Source: Nitrospirota bacterium (GTDB lineage Bacteria; Nitrospirota; UBA9217). Taken from it: 64,000 nucleotides of DNA. The translations under genes were made by a program, and so were the position numbers. Positions 40,776 through 54,469 of this stretch are shown in pieces (position 1 is the stretch's first letter; each line of letters opens with the position of its first letter). The notes under the pieces are model-generated. The model had not been told where the DNA came from and did no database searches. It saw nothing but the letters and a program-made list of their open reading frames with translations. The stretch spans positions 96,001 to 160,000 of the forward strand of contig CAWJQQ010000005.1 in the NCBI GenBank assembly GCA_963845065.1, in the 5' to 3' direction.

Positions 40776-41258
40776 CTATATACTCAACTTTTCCGCTCTC
40801 AGTTTTTGAAAAAATTCTGTCAGCAGAGTGCGGCATTCGTCCTCAAGCACGCTCGGTGTGATCCGAAAAGTATGATTCAGTCTTCCGTCTCGCACAACGT
40901 CATACACGGACCCGAGGACGCCTGCTTTAGGATCCTTACATCCGTAGACCAACCGGCTAACCCGTGCAAGCACGAGAGCACCTGCACACATGAGGCAAGG
41001 CTCCAGTGTCACGTAGACTGCGGCATCCTGAAGTCGCCACCTTCCGAGCCGTGCCGCTGCCTCTCTAACTACCAGAAGTTCTGCGTGGGCTGTCGGGTCC
41101 TGCAAGGTTTCCCGCATATTATGAGCTGCTGCAACCACTTCCTGGTCGATGACGAGCACTGCTCCGACTGGGGTTTCGCCGAAAGTAGAGGCTTCTTCTG
41201 CCTCGGCCAACGCCATGCGCATGAAATCTTCGTCGCTCTTCCGCCCCGGATAATTCAT
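40776..41258 (-). CDS. tadA: tRNA adenosine(34) deaminase
   Basis: PVGAV, DPTAHAE, TLEPCLMCAGA, DPKAG. Confidence 0.93.
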   Translation of the reverse strand: MNYPGRKSDEDFMRMALAEAEEASTFGETPVGAVLVIDQEVVAAAHNMRETLQDPTAHAELLVVREAAARLGRWRLQDAAVYVTLEPCLMCAGALVLARVSRLVYGCKDPKAGVLGSVYDVVRDGRLNHTFRITPSVLEDECRTLLTEFFQKLRAEKLSI

Positions 41259-41353
41259 ACTTAAAAATTCTTATTGCCGAGAACGCAGAGTGCAGCAAGT
41301 CTCGGTGAAATTTCTTTGCGCTCCATGCGTACTGCACGGTGAATATGTTACTG

Positions 41354-41430
41354 TGGCGCGCCCAAGAGGATTCGAACCTCTGACCTACGGATTCGTAGTC
41401 CGTTGCTCTATCCAGCTGAGCTATGGGCGC
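41354..41430 (-). tRNA. tRNA-Arg(ACG)
   Basis: GCGCCCATAGCTCAGCTGGATAGAGCAACGGACTACGAATCCGTAGGTCAGAGGTTCGAATCCTCTTGGGCGCGCCA. Confidence 0.97.
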
Positions 41431-41502
41431 AAAGAAAATGCACAGATTCTTGCCAACATGCTAGTGCATTCATTCCTGGATAATATGCTGTCGTGTTCAA
41501 GA

Positions 41503-42015
41503 CTACTTTGATACGCCGCCAACAAGAAGGATACCGATTTTCTCATGCTGGAACGGGTGGATGCTAGGTTGCAGGGAGAATAACCAGTTGCTCCAGATTT
41601 CTTTGTCGTTCTCAAAAACTACCACTTGCGCGGCGGGCTGATTGGGATTATCAGATATGGAGTAAAATTCGTCGTTCGACATCTTGAAATCCGGCAGGAA
41701 CGCAAGAACCTTAACCTTCATTTTGCTATTAGGAACTGTCAGCTCTGATCCGATTTTAACTGTATATTCTTTCGTTGTTTTTGCCGTTTTATTCTCAATG
41801 GCAAGCTTCACTGCCCTCCACTTTGCCGCTACTTCCTTCGAAACTACGACTTTCCGCTCTACTTTTGGTATATTTGGTATGCCTGCTGGCGGCATTCCAC
41901 CTTGCATGGCAGGATTTACCGTCGGCATCTGCGACTGCTGTTCTTTCTTTTTACAGGTTGCGAAAGAGACTGCTACTATAAAAATAACTGCAAGCACAAC
42001 TATCTTCCTTAACAT
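41503..42015 (-). CDS. Putative lipoprotein, DUF2155-like
   Basis: Signal peptide with FATC lipobox-like end; FLPDF, S..P..PA, WLFS..P.IHPF.H. Confidence 0.65.
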   Translation of the reverse strand: MLRKIVVLAVIFIVAVSFATCKKKEQQSQMPTVNPAMQGGMPPAGIPNIPKVERKVVVSKEVAAKWRAVKLAIENKTAKTTKEYTVKIGSELTVPNSKMKVKVLAFLPDFKMSNDEFYSISDNPNQPAAQVVVFENDKEIWSNWLFSLQPSIHPFQHEKIGILLVGGVSK

Positions 42016-42103
42016 GGTGTTACCCTCCTCAAAAAGATATACTACCTTGTGAACAAATACCGTAATACCCCACGACGGTGCACGCGTGCGGTATCGTGAA
42101 TAA

Positions 42104-42193
42104 TGGCGGAGAGGCCGGGATTCGAACCCGGGGTGGAGTCACCCCCACAACTGCTTAGCAGGCAGCTGCCTTCAGCCGCTCGGCCACCTCTCC
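42104..42193 (-). tRNA. tRNA-Ser(GCT)
   Basis: GCTGCCTGCTAAGCAGT anticodon arm, long variable arm, CCA. Confidence 0.96.
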
Positions 42194-42305
42194 TTTTGAC
42201 AACAATACTAGTCCAGCGCTCCGAGTACAAGGTTTGGATCCTGAAGAAGCGCAACTCTCCTCGATGAGGACTCTGTTCTAAATACCCTGAATGTATTTTT
42301 TATTC

Positions 42306-42391
<86 letters not shown>

Positions 42392-42461
42392 GAATAAATA
42401 CAGATGACAGAAGTCAAATATGGAAGAATTAAAGAACCGTCTCGCGACAGCTCTCTTTTCT

Positions 42462-43754
<1,293 letters not shown>

Positions 43755-43781
43755 TTACAGTATCATTCTCCTTTTCTGTTG

Positions 43782-44570
43782 TCAATAACTTTTCTTGACT
43801 ATCCTATGCTCAAGCGCCCTGATCTTGATCTGGATTGACTCCGGATTCGGGTAAAGGGGTTCGATCTCTTTATAGAGAGTGAGTGACTCGTTCAGTTTAT
43901 CGCCAAGCTCAAGGCACTCTGCGAGGGCGAATTTTGCCTTGATTACAAGTTCCTTGTCCTCGTTTTGTTCAAGGGCTTTTCGGTAAAATTGCTCGGCCTT
44001 GTCGAGTTCGCCTTTTGAAAAGGCGGCTGTACCTAGCCTGAAATAAGCAAGCCGCGATTGCTGCCCCGTCGGAAACTCCGATACCTGACGGGTCCAAGTA
44101 GCTCGTGCTTCTTCTATTTTGCCGACACGGAACAGACATTCGGCAAGACTATAAAGACTTTTCTCCTGCACCTCGCGGTTCGCATATTCCGTTGCTTTGC
44201 GGTATTCCGCAATTGCGCGATCATATTCACTATACCCCAATTCGTAAATCTGTGCGATATACCACTGTGCGTACGGGGCCATGTCGCGGTGCGGGTAGGT
44301 CTTCAAGAGCAGCCGCAACGTTTGGAGCGCCTTTTCGGTCTCTCCCAGATAGAGAAATTGTGTCACACCTGCCCAATAGAGCGCATCGTCCGCTTTTGAG
44401 CTATAGGGGTGCTCCTTGACGAGCGTAAGATACAGATTGACTGCTACCTGGTATTCACCTGCATTCCACCGTTTGGTCGCCGCCTCGTAGTCGCTGTTTG
44501 CGGACTTATCGAATACATCACATCCTGTCAGAAAGATCCCCAGCAGGAGGAGTATGAAAAGTTTATTCAT
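43782..44570 (-). CDS. TPR-repeat lipoprotein (BamD/CpoB-like repeats)
   Basis: LTGC lipobox; repeated YP.S..A..ALY-type TPR units. Confidence 0.8.
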   Translation of the reverse strand: MNKLFILLLLGIFLTGCDVFDKSANSDYEAATKRWNAGEYQVAVNLYLTLVKEHPYSSKADDALYWAGVTQFLYLGETEKALQTLRLLLKTYPHRDMAPYAQWYIAQIYELGYSEYDRAIAEYRKATEYANREVQEKSLYSLAECLFRVGKIEEARATWTRQVSEFPTGQQSRLAYFRLGTAAFSKGELDKAEQFYRKALEQNEDKELVIKAKFALAECLELGDKLNESLTLYKEIEPLYPNPESIQIKIRALEHRIVKKSY

Positions 44571-47059
44571 GATGTGCTGGTGTCCGGCTCGGCAGGTGGT
44601 TCCGTAACGGTCTTGTCCGCTACTATGTCTTTTTCATCTTCTCGCTCCACCAGTTTGGCAAAACTCACAACCTTGTCCCCTTCATCGATATCAAAGAGAC
44701 GTACCCCCTGCGTGTTTCTGCCCTGGACGGAAATATCCTTGGCTCGGATGCGCAGCACTTTGCCATTCGAAGTGATGAGTATGAGCTCGTCTTCTTCAGA
44801 CACTTGGGCCATACCGATGACCCTGCCGTTCCTTTCTGTTATTTTGATCGTAATGATGCCTCTGCCTCCGCGGCCCTGGCTACGATAGTCTTCCAACGTG
44901 CTACGCTTGCCATAACCATTCTCGGTTACCGTCAAAATCGTCGAATCTCCTCGAACAATCTCCATTCCCTTGACCTCATTGCTATCGTCAAGCCGAATGC
45001 CAATCACTCCTTTGCCGGTGCGGCCGATCTCGCGCACGTCGGTCTCGGAGAACCGTATCGAGAGACCATCCCTCGTTCCGAGGAACACATCCCGCTTACC
45101 GTCGGTGACTTCTGCGGAGATAAGCTCGTCGCCCTCCTCCAAGGTGATAGCGATGATTCCAGATGGGCGGGGATGGCTATACGATTCAAGTTCTGTCTTC
45201 TTGATAATGCCCTGCTTGGTCGCCATGAGAATAAAGTGGTCCGGTGTGAATGTGCGAATCGGAAGGGCCGCGGTCACACGTTCATCCTGAATGATTTGAA
45301 TCAGGTTCACGATGGCTTTGCCCTTTGCCTGCCTACCTGCTTCCGGAATCTGGTGAACTTTGAGCCAATATACTCGACCTTTGTTGGTAAAAAACAGTAT
45401 GTAGCTGTGAGCCGTCGCAGTAAAAAGCCGCTCTACGAAGTCCTCTTCCTTGGTCTCCATACCAATTTTGCCTTTTCCACCGCGCTTCTGTGCGCGATAG
45501 GTTGTAAGAGGGTTTCGCTTGATATAGCCAGCGTGCGAGATGGTGATCACCATCTCCTCGTCTTTGATCAGGTCTTCGATGTCAATTTCCGAGGTTTCTG
45601 CGACAATCTCAGTTCTGCGGGCATCACCATACTCGGCCTTCACAGCAAGAAGCTCATCCCTGATGATCTTCATTACGAGCGCCTCCGAGGCGAGGATCTC
45701 GTTCAAGCGCGCTATTTCATTGAGTGTCTCTTCATACTCAGCGATGATCTTATCCCGCTCGAGGCCTGTAAGTCGCTGCAACCGCATGTCGAGGATGGCC
45801 TGGGATTGGATCTCGGAAAGCTGGAATTCTCGCATGAGGCCCGTCTTTGCCTCGTTGGGATTGGCAGAAGCTTTGATAAGGGCAATAACCGCATCAAGAT
45901 TTTCGAGGGCAATTTTGAGACCGAGGAGGACATGGGCGCGTTCCTCGGCTTTCTTAAGGTCGTACTTGGTCCTCCGAACCACTACTTCTCGACGGTGCTG
46001 GATGAAGTTCGACAGGAGTTTTCGCAGATTCAGAACTCTTGGCTGGTTGTTCACGAGTGCCAGCATAATCACGCCGAAGGTTGACTGCATGGCCGTATGC
46101 TTGAACAATTGATTCAGAACGACGTTCGTTATCTCGCCTTTTTTGAGATCGATCGCGATCCGCATGCCTTCGCGGTCGGACTCATCTCGGATCTCGGAGA
46201 TGCCAGTGATCTTCTTTTCCTGGACAAGTTCGGCGATCCGCTCGAGCAGTCTGGCCTTATTCACTTGATAGGGAAGTTCGGTTACAATGATACTCTCGCG
46301 GTCTCCCTTGCCTTCCTCAATTGTCGCCCTGGCCCGCATTTGAACGATGCCTCGCCCCGTCATGTATGACTGTTTGATCCCTTCATAACCGTGAATAAAC
46401 CCCGAAGTCGGAAAATCTGGTCCTTTTATTGCCGTCATGAGCTCAGGAATCGAAACCTCGGGATTATCAATCATCATCACGAGCCCATCCACGACTTCGG
46501 ATAGGTTATGCGGGGGAATGTTCGTGGCCATGCCAACGGCAATCCCGGCGGAACCGTTGATCAAAAGGTTCGGCACCCGTGTTGGGAGCACTGTTGGTTC
46601 AAACGTGGTATCATCGAAGTTCGGAATGAAATCTACGGTCTCCTTATCGATGTCGGCTAGCAGCTCTTCGGCGAGTTTCGTAAGCCTTGCTTCCGTATAA
46701 CGATAAGCGGCGGCCGGGTCGCCGTCCACGGACCCGAAGTTGCCCTGCCCGTCCACGAGAATGTATCGCATATTGAAATCCTGCGCCATCCTAACCATGG
46801 TATCATAGACCGCACTGTCGCCGTGGGGATGATACTTTTTTAGCACCTCTCCCACTACACCGGCGCTCTTGGAATATTTCTTGTTATGAAGAAGACCTTC
46901 GCGAAACATGGCGTAGAGAATACGCCGGTGCACGGGTTTCAAGCCATCGCGCACGTCGGGGAGCGCACGTCCTACGATAACGCTCATGGAGTAGTCGAGG
47001 TAGGAGGTCTTCATCTCCTGTTCGATGTTGATCTGTGTTTTTATTTCCTGAGGTTCCAT
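44567..47059 (-). CDS. gyrA: DNA gyrase subunit A
   Basis: [30 protein letters not shown], GyrA-box QKRGGKG. Confidence 0.98.
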   Translation of the reverse strand: MEPQEIKTQINIEQEMKTSYLDYSMSVIVGRALPDVRDGLKPVHRRILYAMFREGLLHNKKYSKSAGVVGEVLKKYHPHGDSAVYDTMVRMAQDFNMRYILVDGQGNFGSVDGDPAAAYRYTEARLTKLAEELLADIDKETVDFIPNFDDTTFEPTVLPTRVPNLLINGSAGIAVGMATNIPPHNLSEVVDGLVMMIDNPEVSIPELMTAIKGPDFPTSGFIHGYEGIKQSYMTGRGIVQMRARATIEEGKGDRESIIVTELPYQVNKARLLERIAELVQEKKITGISEIRDESDREGMRIAIDLKKGEITNVVLNQLFKHTAMQSTFGVIMLALVNNQPRVLNLRKLLSNFIQHRREVVVRRTKYDLKKAEERAHVLLGLKIALENLDAVIALIKASANPNEAKTGLMREFQLSEIQSQAILDMRLQRLTGLERDKIIAEYEETLNEIARLNEILASEALVMKIIRDELLAVKAEYGDARRTEIVAETSEIDIEDLIKDEEMVITISHAGYIKRNPLTTYRAQKRGGKGKIGMETKEEDFVERLFTATAHSYILFFTNKGRVYWLKVHQIPEAGRQAKGKAIVNLIQIIQDERVTAALPIRTFTPDHFILMATKQGIIKKTELESYSHPRPSGIIAITLEEGDELISAEVTDGKRDVFLGTRDGLSIRFSETDVREIGRTGKGVIGIRLDDSNEVKGMEIVRGDSTILTVTENGYGKRSTLEDYRSQGRGGRGIITIKITERNGRVIGMAQVSEEDELILITSNGKVLRIRAKDISVQGRNTQGVRLFDIDEGDKVVSFAKLVEREDEKDIVADKTVTEPPAEPDTSTS

Positions 47060-47141
47060 AGTATCTCAATTCAATTTAGCTTTGCTGCAGAAAACATGAA
47101 TCACGACGCCTTAAATTATCTGTCTTCTATGCTTTGTTCTG

Positions 47142-49589
<2,448 letters not shown>

Positions 49590-49702
49590 TCACTACGCAA
49601 ATAAAATGTAGGAAATTTGATATTGAAAGAATGTAAGAGTATCGTCAAATAATTTTATTTTTTCAATTTACAATATTCAATTCGCCATTTAGAAAATGGT
49701 GT

Positions 49703-50818
49703 CTACACTCTCATGGGCATCACAACACACTTGTAGTGCTCATCGCCCTCTTCTGTAATCAAGCATGGGCTCAGGGAATCGTTGAGCTCCAAAGCTATCT
49801 GCTGCCGATCCATGGATGAAAGCACGTCCATGAGATAGCGTGAATTAAATCCAATTGCCACCCCTTCGCCCTTGTAGTCCACAGTAAGTTCTTCTGTCGC
49901 CTCGCCTACTTCCGGGTTATTGGTGGACAAAATGAGCCGGTCCTTTTCGAGCTGGAGCTTAACCGCATTCGTCTTTTCCTTGGACAGAATTGAAACTCGC
50001 TTTACGGCGTGTGTGAAAACGTCTTTTGACACAGTCACTTTCTTAGTACTCTTAGCAGGCACGACCTGCTGATAGTTCGGATAGTTACCATCGATGAGCT
50101 TCGAGACCATGACGAGCCCGTCGCGTTTGAACAGTGCGTGGTTTTTGCTGAAGCCCAATCGAAGTTCGGCCTTTGGAGTATCCTCCTCAAGAATCTTCCT
50201 GAGCTCCATCATCGCTTTCTTAGGTATGATAAGGCTTTCTTCCTTGTGCTTGGCGTCGACTATGCGGTCGATCATCGAAAGCCTATGGCCGTCTGTGCCG
50301 ACCATGCGGATATTGAGGCCTCCCTTAGTCTGGGACATGTGCACGAACAGGCCGTTCAACACGTAGCGGGCATCGTTCTCCCCTACAGAGAACAGTGTCT
50401 TCTTGATCATGTCGCGTAGGGTATCACCGTCGATGACAATCATCCCCTCTTCCGCAACATCGGGGAGCGCGGGATATTCGTCCTTCGGCAACCCTACGAG
50501 CTTGAATTGAGATTGGCCGGAGATAATCTTGACCCAATTACTGTCTTCGACCCTGATTTGCACGTCTTCTGCCGGAAGCTCACGAACAATCTCATACATC
50601 TTCTTGGCAGACACAGTGACTGCACCGGGTTTTTCGACCTCGGCTACGTAATGACCGCGCAACCCGATCTCGAGATCCGTGGCGACAATTTCAACACTGT
50701 TGGCCTCTGCCGTGAGGAGCATGTTAGAGAGAATGGGCATAGTATTCTTTTTTTCAACAACGCCCTGGATTCTCTGCAGCCCCTTCAAGATTTCTTCTTT
50801 CTTGATAGTCAATTTCAT
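49703..50818 (-). CDS. dnaN: DNA polymerase III beta clamp
   Basis: ATDLEI, TDGHRL, GNYPNY, FNSRYL.D, VVMPMR. Confidence 0.97.
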   Translation of the reverse strand: MKLTIKKEEILKGLQRIQGVVEKKNTMPILSNMLLTAEANSVEIVATDLEIGLRGHYVAEVEKPGAVTVSAKKMYEIVRELPAEDVQIRVEDSNWVKIISGQSQFKLVGLPKDEYPALPDVAEEGMIVIDGDTLRDMIKKTLFSVGENDARYVLNGLFVHMSQTKGGLNIRMVGTDGHRLSMIDRIVDAKHKEESLIIPKKAMMELRKILEEDTPKAELRLGFSKNHALFKRDGLVMVSKLIDGNYPNYQQVVPAKSTKKVTVSKDVFTHAVKRVSILSKEKTNAVKLQLEKDRLILSTNNPEVGEATEELTVDYKGEGVAIGFNSRYLMDVLSSMDRQQIALELNDSLSPCLITEEGDEHYKCVVMPMRV

Positions 50819-50904
50819 CGGGGAAGCCTCCTGTCACAACTTTGTATGTTAACAGAAATACTGTTAAATAGCAATAAATTAATTTCTGGTTTTATCTATT
50901 AGTT

Positions 50905-52233
50905 TCAGTGTTTTAACTGCCTAATTAACATCTCCATTTTGGCCTTTAATTCGGGATCTTTTTCTTTTTTTTCCTCTATGACTTTGCAGGCATGAATTAC
51001 CGTGCTGTGATCTTTACCTCCGAAAAAATTTCCAATTTCCGGTAGCGAAGCATTAGCAAAATTACGACACAGGTACATTGCCACTTGCCGCGGCAACACG
51101 ACGGCCTTGGTACGGCGCTTCGACTTTAGGTCCGAAATCTTGACACCAAAAGATTCGGCCACAATCTTCTGCACGAGTTCATTAGTAATTATTTTTTCCC
51201 TGTTGTCGAGCAGATACTTGAGCTCGTTTTTGGCCAGCTCCTGCGTGATTTCCGTATTGGTAAGCGAAGAGACCGCACCGAGCTTGACGAGTCCTCCTTC
51301 AAGCTCACGGATGTTGCCTTTCATCATGGAAGCTAAGAATTGTGCGACATCGTCGGGCAAACGGATACTCCAGAAAGCAGCCTTCTTCCGGAGAATGGCT
51401 ATCCTCGTCTCCAGGTCCGGCGGCTGAATGTCCGAGATTAATCCCGACTCGAACCGCGATCGGAGTCGCTCCTCGATATCCGGAATCTCCTTGGGCTGGC
51501 GATCACTGGTGAGCACGATCTGTTTCTGTGCTTCATAAAGGGCGTTAAACGTGTGAAAGAACTCTTCCTGCGTCCGCTCTTTTCCAGCGATAAACTGAAT
51601 GTCATCGATGAGGAGGATATCCATGTTCCGGTACTTCTGCCGGAACTCCTCCATGCGTTGATGGGTCATGCGGTTAATCAGTTCGTTCGTGAACTGTTCT
51701 GAAGACAGGTATGCCACTTTCATTCTCGGCGATTTGCTTTGAACATGATGTCCGATGGCGTTGATGAGATGAGTCTTGCCTAACCCCACGCCGCTGTAGA
51801 TGAACAGAGGATTGTACGCTCTTCCCGGCGCGTCCGCCACGGCCTTGGCCGCGGCATGCGCGAACTGGTTGCTCGGCCCGACAACAAAGGTGTCGAAGGT
51901 GTATTTTTTTTCGAAGAGACCGATTTTCTCTTCACGCCCTTCTTTGTTCTCTTCTTTGGTCTGGCGGGCCGCTTTCTTCGCCGCCTTGGGTTGAACAAAA
52001 AAATCTATTTCCATATCATCCCGCTTGGTTACTTCTCGGATGACTTCGGTCAAAGTACTCCAGTGATGCTCTTTAAGCCAGTCACGGTGAAATTTACTCG
52101 GAACCTCTATCAGCAGCCGATTGCCATCAATGGAAAATAGTTTCGCCTGGCTGAACCAGGTATCATAACCCTGCTTAGACATTCGCTTTTCTAACAATTG
52201 ATGAATTTCTTCCCAGACTCTTTCTTGATCCAT
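50905..52233 (-). CDS. dnaA: Chromosomal replication initiator DnaA
   Basis: YTFDTFVVG, YNPLFIY.GVGLGKTHL, IDDIQF, RLRSRF, PRQVAMYL, GGKDHSTVIHA. Confidence 0.98.
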   Translation of the reverse strand: MDQERVWEEIHQLLEKRMSKQGYDTWFSQAKLFSIDGNRLLIEVPSKFHRDWLKEHHWSTLTEVIREVTKRDDMEIDFFVQPKAAKKAARQTKEENKEGREEKIGLFEKKYTFDTFVVGPSNQFAHAAAKAVADAPGRAYNPLFIYSGVGLGKTHLINAIGHHVQSKSPRMKVAYLSSEQFTNELINRMTHQRMEEFRQKYRNMDILLIDDIQFIAGKERTQEEFFHTFNALYEAQKQIVLTSDRQPKEIPDIEERLRSRFESGLISDIQPPDLETRIAILRKKAAFWSIRLPDDVAQFLASMMKGNIRELEGGLVKLGAVSSLTNTEITQELAKNELKYLLDNREKIITNELVQKIVAESFGVKISDLKSKRRTKAVVLPRQVAMYLCRNFANASLPEIGNFFGGKDHSTVIHACKVIEEKKEKDPELKAKMEMLIRQLKH

Positions 52234-52280
52234 ACTTTACCCCAAAATACCCATAAAAACGGCTCTAGTTACAAACATTC

Positions 52281-52514
52281 TTATCCACACCTGTGGACAA
52301 CGCATTTTCTGTTGTTTTTTCTGAATGTTATGGTCTCGTTCGGAGGCTTATTGTCCGCTTTTCGAAGCCCTATTTTGCGTGATTTCTTACAGCCCTCGAA
52401 AATCGTATTAAGCATGCATCTTGCAAAAGAATAGGGGGGCCACTTAGGGCGCCTTGTCCAGCGGGCGAGACTATACCAGAACCAGACTCCGCTGGCAAGG
52501 AATTTTTATCCACT
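52281..52514. promoter_or_regulatory. DnaA boxes upstream of dnaA
   Basis: TTATCCACA (52281, perfect), TGTGGACAA (52292), TTATCCACT (52506). Confidence 0.75.
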
Positions 52515-52674
52515 TACTGACGTATTTAACGTCGCTGAATTCGTGTTCTGAGGGAATAATGAGCAACTGCTTGAACTTCGCTGCATCCAGCGTTATTCAA
52601 AAGATTAACACTGCCCGCTCGTCAGATCGTTTGATCACTTTATTGACATCTCGATTTCGATGTTTAAAAATTGC

Positions 52675-52745
52675 TTGACTTTGCAACTATGGAGCCGTAT
52701 AATAAAACGCTTGTTTCAATGAACAAATTTTAAAAAATGTTCATT
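52675..52745 (+). promoter_or_regulatory. sigma70 promoter and operator-like palindrome for tusA-dsrE
   Basis: TTGACT-17 bp-TATAAT (52675-52703); AATGAACA-N12-TGTTCATT (52718-52745). Confidence 0.65.
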
Positions 52746-52781
52746 CTGACAGATGATATCCATTTCAGGAGGTGACCGAAT

Positions 52782-53024
52782 ATGTCGGCAGATGTGAAAG
52801 CAGATCAGATTCTCGATGCAAAAGGTTTAAGCTGTCCTCTCCCCATTTTGAAGACAAAAAAAGCAGTTGAGGCATTATCAAAAGACCAGGTTTTAAAAGT
52901 AGAGACAACTGATCCGGGCTCGAAGAATGATATGGCTTCCTGGGCAAAAAGAACGGGTAACGAAATTTTGAAAGTTGAAGAGGGGTCGGGTACATTCACA
53001 TTTTATATCAAAAAAACTGCATAA
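52782..53024 (+). CDS. tusA: TusA-family sulfur carrier
   Basis: LDAKGLSCPLP (CPxP), TTDPGS..D; RBS AGGAGG. Confidence 0.9.
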   Translation: MSADVKADQILDAKGLSCPLPILKTKKAVEALSKDQVLKVETTDPGSKNDMASWAKRTGNEILKVEEGSGTFTFYIKKTA

Positions 53025-53034
53025 GGAGAATTTC

Positions 53035-53508
53035 ATGGCAAACAAAAAAATGACAATTATTGCGTCGAAGGGTTCGCTCGACATGGCTTATCCTCCTCTG
53101 ATTCTTGCCACCACAGCTGCAGCCATGGACGTTGATGTGACGATTTTTTTTACGTTCTACGGACTTGACATCATAAAAAAGGGCAATGCCGATAAACTAA
53201 AAATTTCGCCCATTGGAAATCCGGCCATGCCAATGCCAGTTCCAATCCCCACGCTCGTCGGGTCACTTCCCGGAATGGAGGCAGTGGCAACGGCGATGAT
53301 GAAGTCCATGTTCAACAAGCATGGCGTTGCATCGATCGGACAGTTACTCGATCTTGCCAAGGAGGCTGGAGTGAAACTCATCGCTTGCCAGATGACTATG
53401 GATGTGATGGGAGTCAAGCAGTCGGACATCGTCGATGGGGTAGAGTTCGGCGGCGCGGCCACGTGGCTGGATCAGGCTTCTGACGCACAAATCAACCTTT
53501 TCATCTAG
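53035..53508 (+). CDS. DsrE/DsrF/DrsH-like (DsrE2-type) protein
   Basis: KGSLDMAYPPLILA, FFTFYGL, ACQMTMDVMG. Confidence 0.85.
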   Translation: MANKKMTIIASKGSLDMAYPPLILATTAAAMDVDVTIFFTFYGLDIIKKGNADKLKISPIGNPAMPMPVPIPTLVGSLPGMEAVATAMMKSMFNKHGVASIGQLLDLAKEAGVKLIACQMTMDVMGVKQSDIVDGVEFGGAATWLDQASDAQINLFI

Positions 53509-53524
53509 TCTCTCCGCAATTATA

Positions 53525-53670
53525 GTGAATTACCCCACAGCAAAGCTGCGGGTCTTCTTAACTTGAAATTTTAAAAAAACACAACTATAGTAGCTAAAGG
53601 TTCATCCTGATTTCGTCAGGATGTCTTTTTCATCCCAGCAGCACTGCTGCTGGGTATTGCAGGACGATCT
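53525..53670. repeat. Non-coding element of three hairpins, resembling IS200/IS605-type ends (MITE/REP-like)
   Basis: CCCACAGCAAAGCTGCGGG, CATCCTGA-TTTCG-TCAGGATG and CCCAGCAGCA-C-TGCTGCTGGG. Confidence 0.45.
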
Positions 53671-53673
53671 TAT

Positions 53674-53708
53674 AAAAAACCGGTACTTTTTGAAGACCGG
53701 TTTTTTTA
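53674..53708 (+). terminator. Intrinsic terminator
   Basis: AAAAAACCGGT...ACCGGTTTTTTT. Confidence 0.65.
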
Positions 53709-53772
53709 TTTGCTGCTCTGTTTCTTCTCTTCTGGACATTTTTTCTTATTTGTGTTAAAACGTCCTCAATCT

Positions 53773-54117
53773 ATGATAATCCCCGATGATCTAAAATACG
53801 ATGAAAAAGGGCTTATTCCTGCTGTTATTCAGGACTGGCAAAATAATGAAGTTTTGATGGTAGCTTACATGAACGCAGAATCACTGAGAAAAACGGTCAA
53901 CACCGGTTTCACTTGGTTCTGGAGCCGTTCCCGCCATAAGTTCTGGCAAAAAGGAGAGACGTCCGGGCATGTCCAGCGCGTCAAGGATATTCTTTATGAC
54001 TGCGATCAGGACACACTCCTTATTAAGGTTGAACAGACCGGCCCGGCCTGTCATACCGGTTCTCGTTGCTGTTTTTTTAGAAGTTTTTCTGATTATCCGG
54101 CAGGAGAAAAAGCGTGA
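53773..54117 (+). CDS. hisI: Phosphoribosyl-AMP cyclohydrolase
   Basis: [43 protein letters not shown]. Confidence 0.93.
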   Translation: MIIPDDLKYDEKGLIPAVIQDWQNNEVLMVAYMNAESLRKTVNTGFTWFWSRSRHKFWQKGETSGHVQRVKDILYDCDQDTLLIKVEQTGPACHTGSRCCFFRSFSDYPAGEKA

Positions 54118-54467
54118 GCGTTAATCAGCTCTGCATTTTCTGCAAAATAATTGAAAAAAAGGTCCCGTCTAAAATAGTGTTCGAAGATAACATGGTCATC
54201 GCATTCGAGGACGTTAATCCTCAAGCGCCCTTCCATTTACTTGTTGTTCCCAAGAAACACATCCCAGAGATCCACAGCATGTCCGAGGCAGACCGGGAAC
54301 TCGTTGGCCATCTATTCTTCACTGCGAAAAAGATCGCAGTTGAAAAAGGACTGGATGTAAGGGGCTACCGCATGGTCATCAACAATGGTGCCGACGCGGG
54401 CCAGACCGTGTTCCATGTCCACCTCCATATTCTTTCCGGGCGCCGTTTCTCCTGGCCTCCTGGTTAA
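54114..54467 (+). CDS. Histidine triad (HIT) nucleotide-binding protein
   Basis: [31 protein letters not shown]. Confidence 0.93.
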   Translation: MSVNQLCIFCKIIEKKVPSKIVFEDNMVIAFEDVNPQAPFHLLVVPKKHIPEIHSMSEADRELVGHLFFTAKKIAVEKGLDVRGYRMVINNGADAGQTVFHVHLHILSGRRFSWPPG

Positions 54468-54469
54468 TA

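Noticed and set aside
44804..46084. 426-aa plus-strand ORF and similar antisense ORFs
   Set aside because: Shadows of gyrA and other real genes; no recognisable motifs.
50819..50904. oriC in the dnaA-dnaN gap
   Set aside because: Only 86 bp, with no convincing DnaA boxes or trios.
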